Position numbers and translations under genes: made by a program. 64,000 nt of DNA from Takakia lepidozioides (taxonomy: Eukaryota; Plantae; Bryophyta), in assembly GCA_030704615.1 (NCBI GenBank), contig CM060734.1, forward strand, positions 15,872,001 to 15,936,000, written 5' to 3'. The notes beneath the pieces are model-generated. The model searched no databases. It saw only the letters and a list, made by a program, of their open reading frames with translations, and was not told the origin of the DNA. Of the stretch, positions 10,424 to 22,048 are shown in pieces; the stretch's first letter is position 1, and the number at the start of each line of letters is the position of its first letter.

Positions 10424-13405
10424 TGGGCTCCCTGGACGCAGAGTTCTTCAGCGATGATCACCCGTGCCTTTTTCGTACGAAGTGGATGATGATGGTTTTG
10501 CTGTGGTGCAGGAACACGTGCTCGCAACGCAGTTTTGGTTGGAGAATGGCACTCTTTTCCTCGAGAGGGAAGTGTATGATGCCAACGAAAATTTACTCAA
10601 GTACGCGTTCCAAAAACCCTCGGAGACTGCACACACCATTGGAGAGTGCCCCCAGGCCGATACAGGATGCTGAGTGCTCCTCGTCGACAATCTACAAGAT
10701 CGTTTCTTACTCCTGGTACTGCAGCTTCAGTGGCCCAGGAGAAAACACCCATGGTTGTTAAGAAGGAGTCTACCACCTGTGGATCAGCCATCTCCAATTG
10801 TGGAAGCAGATGTAGAGGAGATCACCAGTGTCATTCCCAAACTGAAAGCCATGGGTGGAGTGACAGGATTCAAGAGTGAGTTGAGGGGGATTGACTGGAA
10901 CACTTTCAGTGTTGAGCGTGTGAAGTTCCTGCCAGAATCATTTGATGGTAATATTGTTTTTGAGCTGCCCCCTCCGGGACGAGTTGGAGGCATTTCCAGT
11001 CTCATGCAAGGAATGGACAAAAAACACGATAGGCACCCCTGGTGTCGAACAAAAACCTCCAATATTCACAACCATGACAACCTCATATTCAGGAGAACAG
11101 TCTGTAATGGGCACCTGAAATGCGAGAACATGAAATGCAGACACTTCGCACTGTCAGGTGTACAAAACCAAAGCGAATGGGATGGTGTCTCTGAGAATCC
11201 ATTCAAGCCTGGAATGACGCCACCATACAATAACACTTTTGTGTGCAAGTTCTGCAGGCTTGCACCTTCCTGTCTTGCATTGTGTGGCGCCAGAATGTAC
11301 TATGTGGTGCACCGATTCAAAACCCTGACTAGAGCCTGTGTCCATTTTGGTTTTCACAATCACCATGTGTCCAAGGGGGATTACAGGGAAAGCGTTGAGA
11401 CAGTCTCGCGCCTCATAAGAGAGGAGTTGGATAGCAATCCAACTGGAACTACTTCTGCAATTGCAATGGGAGCGAGCAAGTCCTTCTTGGAAAGCCATAT
11501 TCTCTGTGCAACAGATTCTGTGGGAGGAAAATTGGAGGGACCAGCTTTGGACATTGTTATGGACCATTTTTCAACATTGACTTCTCCAAACATTCGGAAT
11601 CAAGTGAACGCTTTGAGAATGGGCTCTGGGAGCCGGGGTTATATGGACAATATTATGGATTTGAAGAAAAGGAGCGGTATGACTACATCCAAGACAGCGT
11701 TTTTCCGGGGCAAGGAGCCAGGAAAGTATTCCTGTTCAAAATGTCAACAAAAGGTGAGGACAGCGGAGTCAGCCTGGTGAAACGTATGCAGAAGGGTGGC
11801 GATCTTGGCAATTGTTTTCTTATGTTCGATCACGTGAAGAGGGTTAAAGACTAGACCACAATGGCATGTCATGTTTACGACCCAGTGAACCAGCGAGTCA
11901 TGACAATTGCAGTGTGTGACATGCAATCAGAGGACACCGAATCACAACAGCTCATGTGCGAAGCTCTGATTTGCGTTATGAACTCCAATGGTCTGCCATC
12001 TCCAAATTTTGCTGGATTCATGGCTGACAGTGCTCAAGCGAACTTCAACGCTGTTCGCATTGTGTTTAGGACGGGAGATCCAAAAGTGCCAATGCCTGCA
12101 AGAGAACGTATGTGGCTTTTCCATTGGACACAGTCCTTAGACAAACACACAAAGGCAGACATCAAACCGGACATGCAGAGTATGCACCGTCAATTGTGCA
12201 AACAATACAAAGATGTCAAAACTATTGGGGAAGCGAATACATTGTTTCAGACAATTCGTGCTTGGTGGTATTCATCTAGAGCGGCATCGGAAGACAGTAT
12301 GAGGGCACTGGAAGATTGGTTTGCATTTTGGCACTTCCGTTACCGACAGTGGGGAGCGGCCATGACAACGGTAAGTGATTTGCATTCTTCTTTCTTTCGG
12401 TGCTTCCGAGTTGTCTTTCAGACTCCCAATCCTCAAATCTGAAATGTGTTTTTGCACCTTGCAGCATATGTCCATTGACGAGATGGCGGACATGCCTACT
12501 TGCAATCTAGCGGAGACAGTGCACAATGCCTGGTTGCAGTAGTCCGGAAAATGGGGAAGAGATTTGTATGCGGCCACGGCCGATGACCTGACCCATGCTC
12601 TCCAGCAACAAACCAGATACATGTCATTCTTGAGGGGTGGCGTTGGTGGCAAAGGCCCCGACATGAACAAGTTGATGTTTCCCGGCGGCAAGAAGATCAG
12701 GGGATCCCAGCAAAATAGCAAGGGCAGTGAACATATGTGCGGATGGCACCCCTCTCGTGTCTAGAGTTCCCCATCTGGAAGGCGAAGAGAGATTCGGGTC
12801 TTGCAAACGAAAATTGGACACCCCCCCCCGAATTGGATGCAGATTCCCATAGGGCAGACAGGGTCAACTTCTCCACGCCACGTGTTGCCTTGAATCAGAG
12901 ATGGAATTGCGGAACATCCACAGGGGAGGGCCATTCAGCCCCAGGCCAGACCCCAACATCAAGCACTCTTACTGCAATGGTTGAAGAACAGAACATGGTG
13001 CCGGATGTGATGGAGTCCATGTGCTTGGACGAGGTTTGGCATATATAACGTACAAGTGCTGGATCTTGTGTGAAATGCGCGGCGATCATGGCCACCAATC
13101 ATGAAAAGTGCACGTCTTTAATATCCAGATGCAAAGAACGGACTCCAGCTCCTACATTCACTGATTTGTTTCTCCCTTACGGACAAGGAGAGGAAAGAAC
13201 CACAAGTTCTGGTTCTGCGCTGACGATTGCGGGAGATGTGTGCGCGTGGGACTGTGCGGCCCTCGGTGGTGATGAAGCCTCCTCCACCAAGCGTGTGGCC
13301 TGTGAAGATGGGCACAGGTCTCACTCATCAAGAGATCGCAATGCTGGAAGAGGCGGTTTCTCCCTCGCCAGACATTCCATTACACATGGAGGTGCACAAA
13401 GTTGA
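10424..13405 (+). pseudogene. Mutator-like DDE transposase with GCM-type (WRKY-GCM1 fold) zinc finger
   Basis: HPWCRTKTSNIHNHDNLIFRRTVCNGHLKC...CKFC...C.ARMYYV...HFGFHNH (GCM-like); FDHVKR (D1, ~11826), GFMADSAQANFNAV (D2), WLFHW (CxxH position), PTCNLAETVHNAW (E, ~12500); intron 12371-12464; several frameshifts and stops. Confidence 0.8.
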
Positions 13406-13423
13406 TTTCAGTTGTTGGAAATC

Positions 13424-13573
13424 AGCCTCGTGTTAACACAAGGTTGATTTCAGTTCTACGAAATCGACCTCGTGTTAATAGAAGTTTGATTTTGAAGTTC
13501 TCCAAATCAACCTTGTGTTGACACAAGGTTGATTTCAGTTCTAGGAAAACAACCTCGTGTTAACACAAGGTTG
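13424..13573. repeat. Four CpG-decayed palindrome copies at ~42-bp period near the element end
   Basis: Starts ~13424, 13466, 13509, 13551, e.g. AACCTTGTGTTGACACAAGGTT. Confidence 0.85.
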
Positions 13574-13747
13574 AACTCTGCGGACGCCCGAAACCCTTAA
13601 CCCGTCTCACCTTCATGTGGTAAAATCCCCAGTTGTAGGCTCCACAGTTATAGGCCCACCTTCTTTGTGGTGACGTGGCACGACATGGGCTAGGCTCACG
13701 CCACGTCACCATTGTGTGAGCGTACGCTCATACGCTCACGCGGTAGC

Positions 13748-14290
13748 GTAGTTGCCGACTTACCATTCGAAATATATTTTTTCTGCTCATTGCAAAAGTT
13801 TGTGCCGACTTCCAAAACCCGCAACAACTGTACGGGCCATCGCGAAATCTGTGCCAACTTGTAATGATTTCTGAATGACTTGTCCAGCACACATGTCCAA
13901 TTCTGTGCCGACTTCTCATGTTAAGCCATGTAATTTTCCACGGTTATAGAAACCCCACCTATTACCGTGGGTAGGTTTACGTGGCTGCAACTACGATTTC
14001 CTGCCTGCAAGTCGTTGCCGACTTCCGGAACTGCCAACGACGCCGAACCTGTCCTGCATGTTGAACCTACAGTTTGTGCTTTACTCTTAGCGGAAAATAG
14101 GGCGTTCTGGGCCCATAAACACCCCCGAATTGGAGTGTTTTGGAAGGAATATTCCCCAAAATTCCACTTTTCTCATTTTCCGGCCTCTACTCATGTTTTT
14201 GGGTGCTCACTGCTCATAGAGAAACTACCCCCTAACCGTGGTACCGAGGGGGTTGCCCTATGGTGCGGACTAACACGGTGCTGACTGCTC
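13748..14290 (+). repeat. Probable LTR-derived remnant related to the 1487-3068 LTR
   Basis: 14233-14280 (TACCGAGGGGGTTGCCCTATGGTGCGGACTAAC) matches 1803-1835 (TACCGAGGGGGTTGCCTTGTAGTGCGGGCTAAC); several GCCGACTT repeats. Confidence 0.45.
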
Positions 14291-16450
14291 AAGTGTAGCT
14301 GCTTTTGATTCACCATCAGCTCTTGTTTATCATATGACAGTCCTTGACTTTATCTCATTTGCTTTGGGCTACCTTTCGGTCGGCTGTGGCAGCCCTGTCT
14401 CCCTTTGTGTGGAGTATCGCTTTAGTTAGATGGCCCTCTTGCGGATCATGCCCCTTGATCCCCTTTGTTGTAGGTCTCTGCCTGCGGTTCTTCTCGCATA
14501 ACACTAGGACTTTTGATGTGGTATTTTTTGGACCTCTTCCACATTTGGACAGCTGGTCTTGTCTTCGTAAGGTTTGGCTATTTTTTTGCAACGTGTTTCT
14601 CTTCGAGTAGTATTCATAGTATTAAAAACACCCGACTCAGTGCTGGCCGAGCCTTCACGGTGATTCGGCGCGGTGATTTCAGCTTGCATATGACGGCTGG
14701 GTTAGAGTGTTACCTCATCATTCTGATGTCTCCCTCATGGACCTGCACATGGTTAATTTTTCCATGATACTTTAGTATGAGTTACAGGGCCTATGTCCCC
14801 TTTTATGTTTTTTATTCAAAAGGCTCATGGCCCCAAAGGAAGCAGTAGAAGATAATACACACACCTGACAAGGTAGCAGAATTTGAACCCAAAATCAACT
14901 GACAATCTGGAGACCATTGGTATTTGGCATCCTTCTTTAGCAGTCTATAGCATACTTGAATATGTACCTTCTGTAATAGCTTGTCTGTCCCAGAAATCTT
15001 TTGAGTTTCTTTGGATTCTCTGGGGGTGGTATTTTCTGGATACTGTCCACCTTATTTGGGTCCATCAGAATTCCCTGTTGGCACACAATGTGTCCCAACA
15101 GTAATCCGGAATTCACACAGAATGTGCATTTCTCGGGGTTGAGACCTACGCCATTGTCTCGGCGTGCTTGTAGGCATAGCGCTCATTGTGCACTATCCAA
15201 CTAAGCTACCGACTGGTTAAAATTTGCATGAAGTTAGGTTGATGAGGGCCGGCATCCAAGCAGTTGACCAACTACTCGAACTCTCATGCTCATATTCGGG
15301 TGGAAAACCTGGGGATCAAAAGTAGTGTGCATCTAGGCGGCTTCATCTCGCCTCCCGGCACTCTCTGATCCATCCTCTTTCCCTGACCTTCTTCAGGCTG
15401 TAGGTGATACTAGAATAGTTTGATTTCCTTCTTTGTGTCAATAGATCTAGCTCTACGAGCTTGGTTTTTCCTCTTGGCGACAGTTTTACCCATTTGTACA
15501 GTCACCCCACTTGGGTCTTTTTATAAAGCTATCCAGGTCCCGTTTTATCTAATCAATGTGCGGGTCACCACTCATGTATGGTTGCTCAGCTCAAGCATTC
15601 TGAAGCTTTTGGATCTGCCACCTAAAAGGAAGCAGTAGACAGGCCAAACGCTTACTTGCAAGACGAGTGTTGCACACGTAAAGGATTGATAGAGAGGATT
15701 GTAACGCAAAGTGTAAAACAGACAGACACGAGTGCAGAGTTGGCGTTACGGGATCGATTTTGGTAACCTTCTTGAAGCGATGGGAATGGATGGATGAGGT
15801 TGATCTGTGGCCGGGTCATAGTCCAATGTTCGTGAAAGATGGATCATCCATAACTTGTCGACCGGTCCTCGCCATCCTACTTTGTTTCAAGTTTTGAGTC
15901 TTGCTTCCTGCTTAAAGCTGGCTAAGCGAACCAGCCTCTCTCTCTCTTTCTCTCTCTCTCACCTTTTCTTCTTAGCTGAAATTTGGTATCGTCTAGCCTT
16001 TCTCTCCACCACAGTCTCCTTCTAGTTTACCGCTTTCCTTGGTTTTGGTCGGGTGGTTGATTACTCAGCCCCATAGTAGACCTTCCTCTCGAACATAGAG
16101 CACTCATCCGCCCTCACCCTTTTTTGGCCAACTTTTCTGGACTCTCTTGCCGTATGTGTAAGTCCTACAGTTCGAAGTCATCAAGCATATACTTTCGACT
16201 TCCCCTGGTCATTACATGTAGATTCTGGCCTCTTGCGATTTGAACTCGTTTTGCAAATCTTCAGAAATTGAACTTCGCATTGTCTGTCTGAAGCGTAAAT
16301 GCACAAACAACCGACCGCCGCATCATCCAGGGCTCCAAGCGTGCAGTTGAGACTAATAAATTCTTCCGGTTGAAATTTTCAGATTCAGTACGGCAAAGAT
16401 TGTCGCTTTTCACAGCAAGGACTGTTGTTTTGAGAGCACTTGGTAACGAC

Positions 16451-16987
16451 ATGATGCGATCACTTCAGAGCTTCCTGCATGCGATAGTATTGACGCTGGC
16501 TTTGTCTTCTCTTTCTGATCTGGGAAGCGCCACATCCCACAAGCCACCAACATTGTTCAGCTTCTACTGGCATGACGTTGTTACCAGCAATAATGGAAGT
16601 TCAGTTCCCGTGACTGGGTATGGGGGAAATCTCAAAGGTGGAGGCTTCGGAACCATTTTTGTATTCGATGATGCATTGACGTTTGGGCCATCGCCGACTT
16701 CCAGATCTTTCGGCCGAGCACAGGGAATGTTCGTTGTCAACTCTCTAAGCGGTAATAATATCATGCTTCTCTGCACTGTCATAATCAACGACCCTTTCCA
16801 TCGAGGCACTATCCATCTCCAGGGCTCTGATGGCTACACTCTGCCTGAGCGTGAAATACCCATCGTGGGGGGCACTGAAGATTTCCGGTACAAGCGCGGG
16901 TATGCTCAGTTTAAAACTCACAAATCGAATAGGAATTCCGTCGTGCTTTACGTCAGGCTGCATCTTTACCATGTGGGCCCAAATTAA
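16451..16987 (+). CDS. DIR: Dirigent (DIR) family protein, secreted, intronless, 178 aa
   Basis: Hydrophobic signal peptide; FSFYWHD, FGTIFVFDDALT, GRAQG, REIPIVGGTEDFRYKRGYA are dirigent motifs; ATG at 16451; intact frame. Confidence 0.95.
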   Translation: MMRSLQSFLHAIVLTLALSSLSDLGSATSHKPPTLFSFYWHDVVTSNNGSSVPVTGYGGNLKGGGFGTIFVFDDALTFGPSPTSRSFGRAQGMFVVNSLSGNNIMLLCTVIINDPFHRGTIHLQGSDGYTLPEREIPIVGGTEDFRYKRGYAQFKTHKSNRNSVVLYVRLHLYHVGPN

Positions 16988-19248
16988 AACTCCGTGACCT
17001 GTGATTGTGATCTGCTGCCATAAGGTACTTTCCAGGAATAACTTATTTCCAAAGGCTTGTGGAGATCCATGCATCCAACAACCATTTCGTTGGGATGGTG
17101 AGAGGTGCATGTATCGCTGAGGACATGGGAGATATATATATATATATATATAGTATTGTTAGTCAGTATCTAGAATGTAGCTCTCTACACCATATATGTA
17201 ACTTTTCAAAGATAAAATTTCGAGGCCTCCGTCCCTCTTCTCTAAAAATACTAAGTACACACACTCAAAACTATAGTAAATCACGTGTGCATCACATAGC
17301 ATTTTGAACCTTCGCTATGATGGTGCGCACCAAATCAAGTCTGGACACTAAAGCGGCCATTGTTGTCATTTGCTGTAACTGTTGAATTGCAGTCTTGACC
17401 ATGTTCAATGGCGAATGGCTGTAAAAATAACCCATACAAAAGAAGATATGTCTATAATGCAACATTTAAATCTAGCATCATTTCAAACCTTACAATCGTG
17501 TATTACATTCTAGTAGCTTTTAAGGTCCAATGGCACACACACTTAAGCGAAAATCACTTAATGATCAAAATGGAGAGATTCTTCTTAGAAGGAGCCGACA
17601 ACTTATAAAGGGCTTTTTAAATGGGGGTCATCTTATAGGCTTTTTGAATGTAGTTGAGGTCTATGATGTAATTTCCTACAACATCCAGTTGCTTGAGAGC
17701 GTTGTCCCAAGGTGGACAACTCATCACCAAGACTCAGTCGATCCGTGAAAACAAATTGTTTGTTGCCATGTTAGTATGGTTGCACAACCCCCCTCTTGCA
17801 AGCATCATTAAGGTTCAATTGTATTGATTGTATTGCGTACGCAAAACTAGACAAAAGCAAAGTAAGATAAGACAAAATTAGAGCAATGATTTCAATGCTT
17901 CAGACAATGTTGTTGGCAGGAGGAGCAGTAGTGGGTAGTGTAGCAGCCATGGGCCGTGAACCACGATATCACATGGCCACGATAGCATAGGCTTTACTAG
18001 TAGAAGGGGTAGTGAGGGACCATGGGCCGTGTACCACTAAGGCACACGACCACGTGCCACTTTTTTGGCAAACCTTTTAGGTTGCGTAGGCAGTTAGGCA
18101 ACGGTCAGTAACGACTGCAAATTATAAACAGCTCTTTCGAGCATAGTATAAAAGAACTGCGTGCAACTTAGGAAGGATCAATGTGTATCCGGTGGAATTA
18201 GAGTGATGACTCTGAAGTAAAGCCATGCTTTTCCATATACTTATGTGTAGAGAGAACGTGAGATAGTGAGAATGTGCATCTGATCAGTATCTTGAACAAA
18301 ATAGATAATCATACATTTTTCAGCAATCAAAACGGGGATTGCTAGTCCGTGAGCGGCTCACGTGAGCGGGAAGATGCCAATCCGTGAGCGGAAAGATTCT
18401 CACGTCAGAGGGTGTAGGGGCCCACAACCGTGGACCCAGGGGACCTATTCCCGTGGGAACGAGTGAAAATGTAATGGGTACCTGGATGTGAAGTTGGATG
18501 AACGTTGGATGAATGGTGGATGAATGTTGGTTGGATGTTGGATGCATGATGGCTGAGTGTGGGGCGAATGATGGATGATGTATGCTGGAACACTAGATGA
18601 ATGATGGAGGGACAAATTTGGAATGGTAGAATGGCTGATAGTTTAGGGATGGACTTATGTTTTGGATGCATGAACAATATACGTGCGTATGTTTAAAGAC
18701 TGGAAGTATTGTGGACCCACACAGATTGTATGAATGAACTTGCAAGTGAAGATGAAAAATTTTATGTCCAGGAAATGTCTTATGTAGACAATTTTAGGAA
18801 GGGAGGCACACACTTGACGTAAGAGAAGCAATCCCCTCACAGTTGATTCCATAGATATTAAATAGGTGGAACCAGTTGGAAAATATCTATGCACTGGAAC
18901 TGGTGCTAGCTTCGGACTCCGACGCACTAATGTCCATAAAGATCCTAGCCCTGCTGTCCACCTTTTCTACACGATCGAAGCAAACTAGAGGGGGAGAGTC
19001 GTAGAGAGTAAACTCCGTAGCGGCAGCTCCGCATAGCATGGCAACTTTAGGGGGGCAGGTGGGCTCGGGAAAAATTTCGGGATAGCAAAGAAAGGGATAC
19101 TTCTCTTCGTTTTTGGTGTCCTGCAAAGATTTCCAAAGTTGTAAGACCAGTAAGCAGAAAGACAAGACCGCGGAAAGGAAATGCTTTCTCACAAAAAAGA
19201 AGGTCCAAATAATGAAAAATCCGACATGGCATCCAAAACAAACCGGAC

Positions 19249-20879
19249 TTACGTACACTCAAAGTTGGAGTCCACGTCGAGGTCTTCTTCTGGAACTTCC
19301 CGCTCGTCGAAAACTGTTTCTTTGTGGGGAGTGATGTTGAGCCGAAGGTGAGTTGTTGAAGCATGAAAACAGCTCCGCATCCCCCTCCATGCCGAAGAAG
19401 TGTCTACCGGCGCTCTTACAAGCATGGAATGTTGCACTTGCAAATGCACAGAACGAATGGTTAAAAAACCATGAATCATTACAAAATTCAAGATCATAGT
19501 TATGGTAGAACATGAGACTTGGCAGGGCTCGCCTGTTCCCAAAGACAAGTCCACCACCCGCCCCCCATGCCGGCTGCAAGTCTCCACCAGAGTCTGCATG
19601 AATGCTGGAGATTTCTCCCGAGCACCTCTCCAAGGGACACCATTCGTCCTTTTCAATGTCCGCCCGGAGTCCATATAATTGAACAGGACATCGTCCCCCA
19701 CAGGCTCACAGGTGGGGTCAATGTCTGTTGCAAGGTCTCTGAACTGGAACTCCGCAATACCAGGAGGGAGGGTGTCCTATCGCAACCTCACCAAGCATAA
19801 AGCCTCGAACACCCGAGTCTGCATGCACCCCCCCCAAAATGTAGTTTTCCAATATGCATAATAAACTCAACCGAATGAAATTAGCAGAAGAGGCAGTCCA
19901 CAACCCTGTACTCACCCTCTGTCCTGGGAACTCTCCCTGGGAAAGTGGAAGCATGTTGATATAGGTCCATGTTTTGATGACCTTAAATCCGGAAGCCTTC
20001 ATGTAATTGAAAAGGGTTCTGCGCGCTAGCATGTCTTTTGCCTACAAAAGAAGAAGAGCTCCTGCATCAGACAGGAATTTGTTGCTGAAAGAAAAAACCC
20101 ACTGCCAGAAAAGGGCATCTGACTTGTTCCACGATGGCGTTGTGTTGGATGGGAGAACATCCGGCATAGGCAAACCATCTGGAATGTCCAGGACCACCAG
20201 GTCTGTTGCGTATGCTTGTTGGCTTCCATTCACCTATTCAGGCCTTTTGGTGACCTGTTCCACATACAAAAACAATAGACCAGTAAATATAACAGAATCT
20301 TCAACCAAGTAAAAAACATACCAGGCAAAGTTTTGTATGGGCACCTTTGTGAGGAAAGAAACCAGGATGTCCCAAGTCTTCGATTTCTCTCATTTGAATG
20401 TGGATTTTCTGGATTCCATCATTGCCAAGAAGCTCTCGTTAATCACCTTACTTTTATACTGACCCAAAACCCGAGAAAGGTGCTCTCTGGCCTCGTAAGG
20501 TTGTTCTTTAGTTTTCGGAGTTCTCCTGTCCTTCCGAGTTGGAGAGGGCTGATGCTCCGTGGTGTCCTGCACAGCCTGTTCCTGCCCAGCCACAATCTTC
20601 CCCTTCCCCTTCCCATCACCTGTGCCCTTCCCCTTGCATTTGAGAGTGTTACTTTTCTCCGGCTCCTTTGCTGCGAGGGATTGAATTATACTCTCCTGAA
20701 TTTCCTTGTCACTGAGTGGTGCAAGAGCTGCTGCATTGTCATTGAAGTTCCGCATGACCACCTCCTCGAATGGTGTGTCCTGTTTAGGCAAGTCCAGGTA
20801 CCAGCCACAGTCTCTGAGGTGCACCCTGCCCCAGTCATTTGTAATCCCCGCAGTGTATATTGTCTTGTCCTGAGTGGGG
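19249..20879 (-). pseudogene. 3' exons of ParB-MTase gene, copy 2 (N4C/N6A methyltransferase-like domain)
   Basis: AYATDLVVLDIPDGLP...WNKSD; REKSPAFMQTLVETCSRHGGRVVDLSLGTG / ATFHACKSAGRHFFGMEGD; introns in the same positions as copy 1. Confidence 0.82.
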
Positions 20880-21069
20880 CCTAGTTATCATTCCTGACGT
20901 GACATGGCGCTGACACATCTGACGTCACGTCGAATCCGGACATTTACCCACGTAATTTTTTTTTACATTTGACTTTTACGATTTACTTCTACCCTTTGTA
21001 ATGACATGGCAGCCACGGTGTAAAACAGACGTGGCCAATTATTAATATTTATTAATTCTTTTCAAAAAA

Positions 21070-21430
21070 TGAGTCCGCCTATATTGGCGTTCACATATAA
21101 TTTATTATTTTTAATAAAAGCGACCGCCCATATTGGCGGTCGCTTGTAATTTAATATTTTGTTAAATTAAGCGACCGCCAGTATTGGCGGTCGCCGGTAA
21201 TTTTTTTATTTTTAAATGAAGCGACCGCCCATATTGGCGGTCGCCCGTAATTTATTTATTTTTAAATGAAGCGACCGCCGATATTGGCGGTCGCCCGTAA
21301 TTTATTTATTTATAAATAAAACGACCGCCCATATTGGCGATCGCCCGTAATTTATTTATTTTTAAATGAAGCAACCGCCCATATTGGCGGTCGCTTGTAT
21401 TTTATTACATTTTAAAATAAGCGGTCGCGT
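21070..21430. repeat. Left subterminal array of AAGCGACCGCC-N6-GGCGGTCGC palindromes, 50-bp period
   Basis: Units at ~21120, 21171, 21221, 21271, 21321, 21371 separated by A/T-only linkers. Confidence 0.93.
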
Positions 21431-21724
21431 GTTTTTTTTTTTCTTAGAAATCCAGGGACCCGCCGTGTGGCGTTTTGTTTTTTATTTTTAATCATGAAGC
21501 GGCACCTCGGCCAGCCACGTGGCAAGGTGCCACGGGTCAGGAAAAACGAAACAAATGGGATGGGGGGAGGTGGTTTTGAACCCTTGACCTCTCCCATGTA
21601 GGTGCGCGTGGCGAGGTGCGACTGGCCAGTCGCGCTGCGCTGATACGTGGCGAGGCGTCACTGGCCTGTCGCGCCTTTTCAAGCATATTGCCATTTTTTT
21701 GGGGGGGGGGAGGTGGTGGGCGTC

Positions 21725-21732
21725 TATATAAA
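21725..21732 (+). promoter_or_regulatory. Candidate TATA box for the kinase cargo gene
   Basis: TATATAAA followed by a pyrimidine-rich tract, ~320 bp upstream of ATG 22049. Confidence 0.4.
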
Positions 21733-22048
21733 CCATTCCCCCCTCCTTTTCTGATCACTTTTGCCCCTCTTGTGGTGTGGTTCCTTGGCATCCTGTAGTC
21801 CTTTCGGACTTCGTTGCTTGACACTGCCAACGGGAGGTGCAAAGGTGATTTGGAGGGGGAGGTTTTGTCGGTTTTCTATTGGTCAGTCCCATACACTTGT
21901 TCACGGTACAATCATCGTATGACCATTTAGCCGTTTTCAGATCTCCGGCGGCATGTTTTTTTGCAGAAAACTACGAAGACACCATCCACACGCGTTCATT
22001 GCCATTTTTCTGAGGTTTTGGACCCTGTAGTGGGCAAAGGTTTATACA

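Larger units (their letters stand above)
3069..13747. mobile_element. Large Mutator-like (GCM-DDE) DNA transposon, copy 1, carrying a ParB/Srx-N4C/N6A-MTase gene
   Basis: Two divergent genes colinear with copy 2 (18341-38845); shared palindrome family; right end ...ACGCTCACGCGGTAGC resembles, in reverse complement, the left end of copy 2. Left terminus not seen. Confidence 0.75.

Noticed and set aside
15130-15217. tRNA/SINE-like sequence on - strand (GTAGCTTAGTTGGATAG ... GGTCTCAACCCC)
   Set aside because: Only an A-box-like match; the B box is poor and I could not build a cloverleaf; at most a decayed SINE
16370-16450. 27-aa N-terminal extension of the dirigent ORF
   Set aside because: Starts at TTG; ATG 16451 directly precedes a typical signal peptide
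18655-19258. Third gene in the Mutator-like element (weak resemblance to 3070-3370)
   Set aside because: Similarity is too weak to support by eye; needs a multi-copy alignment
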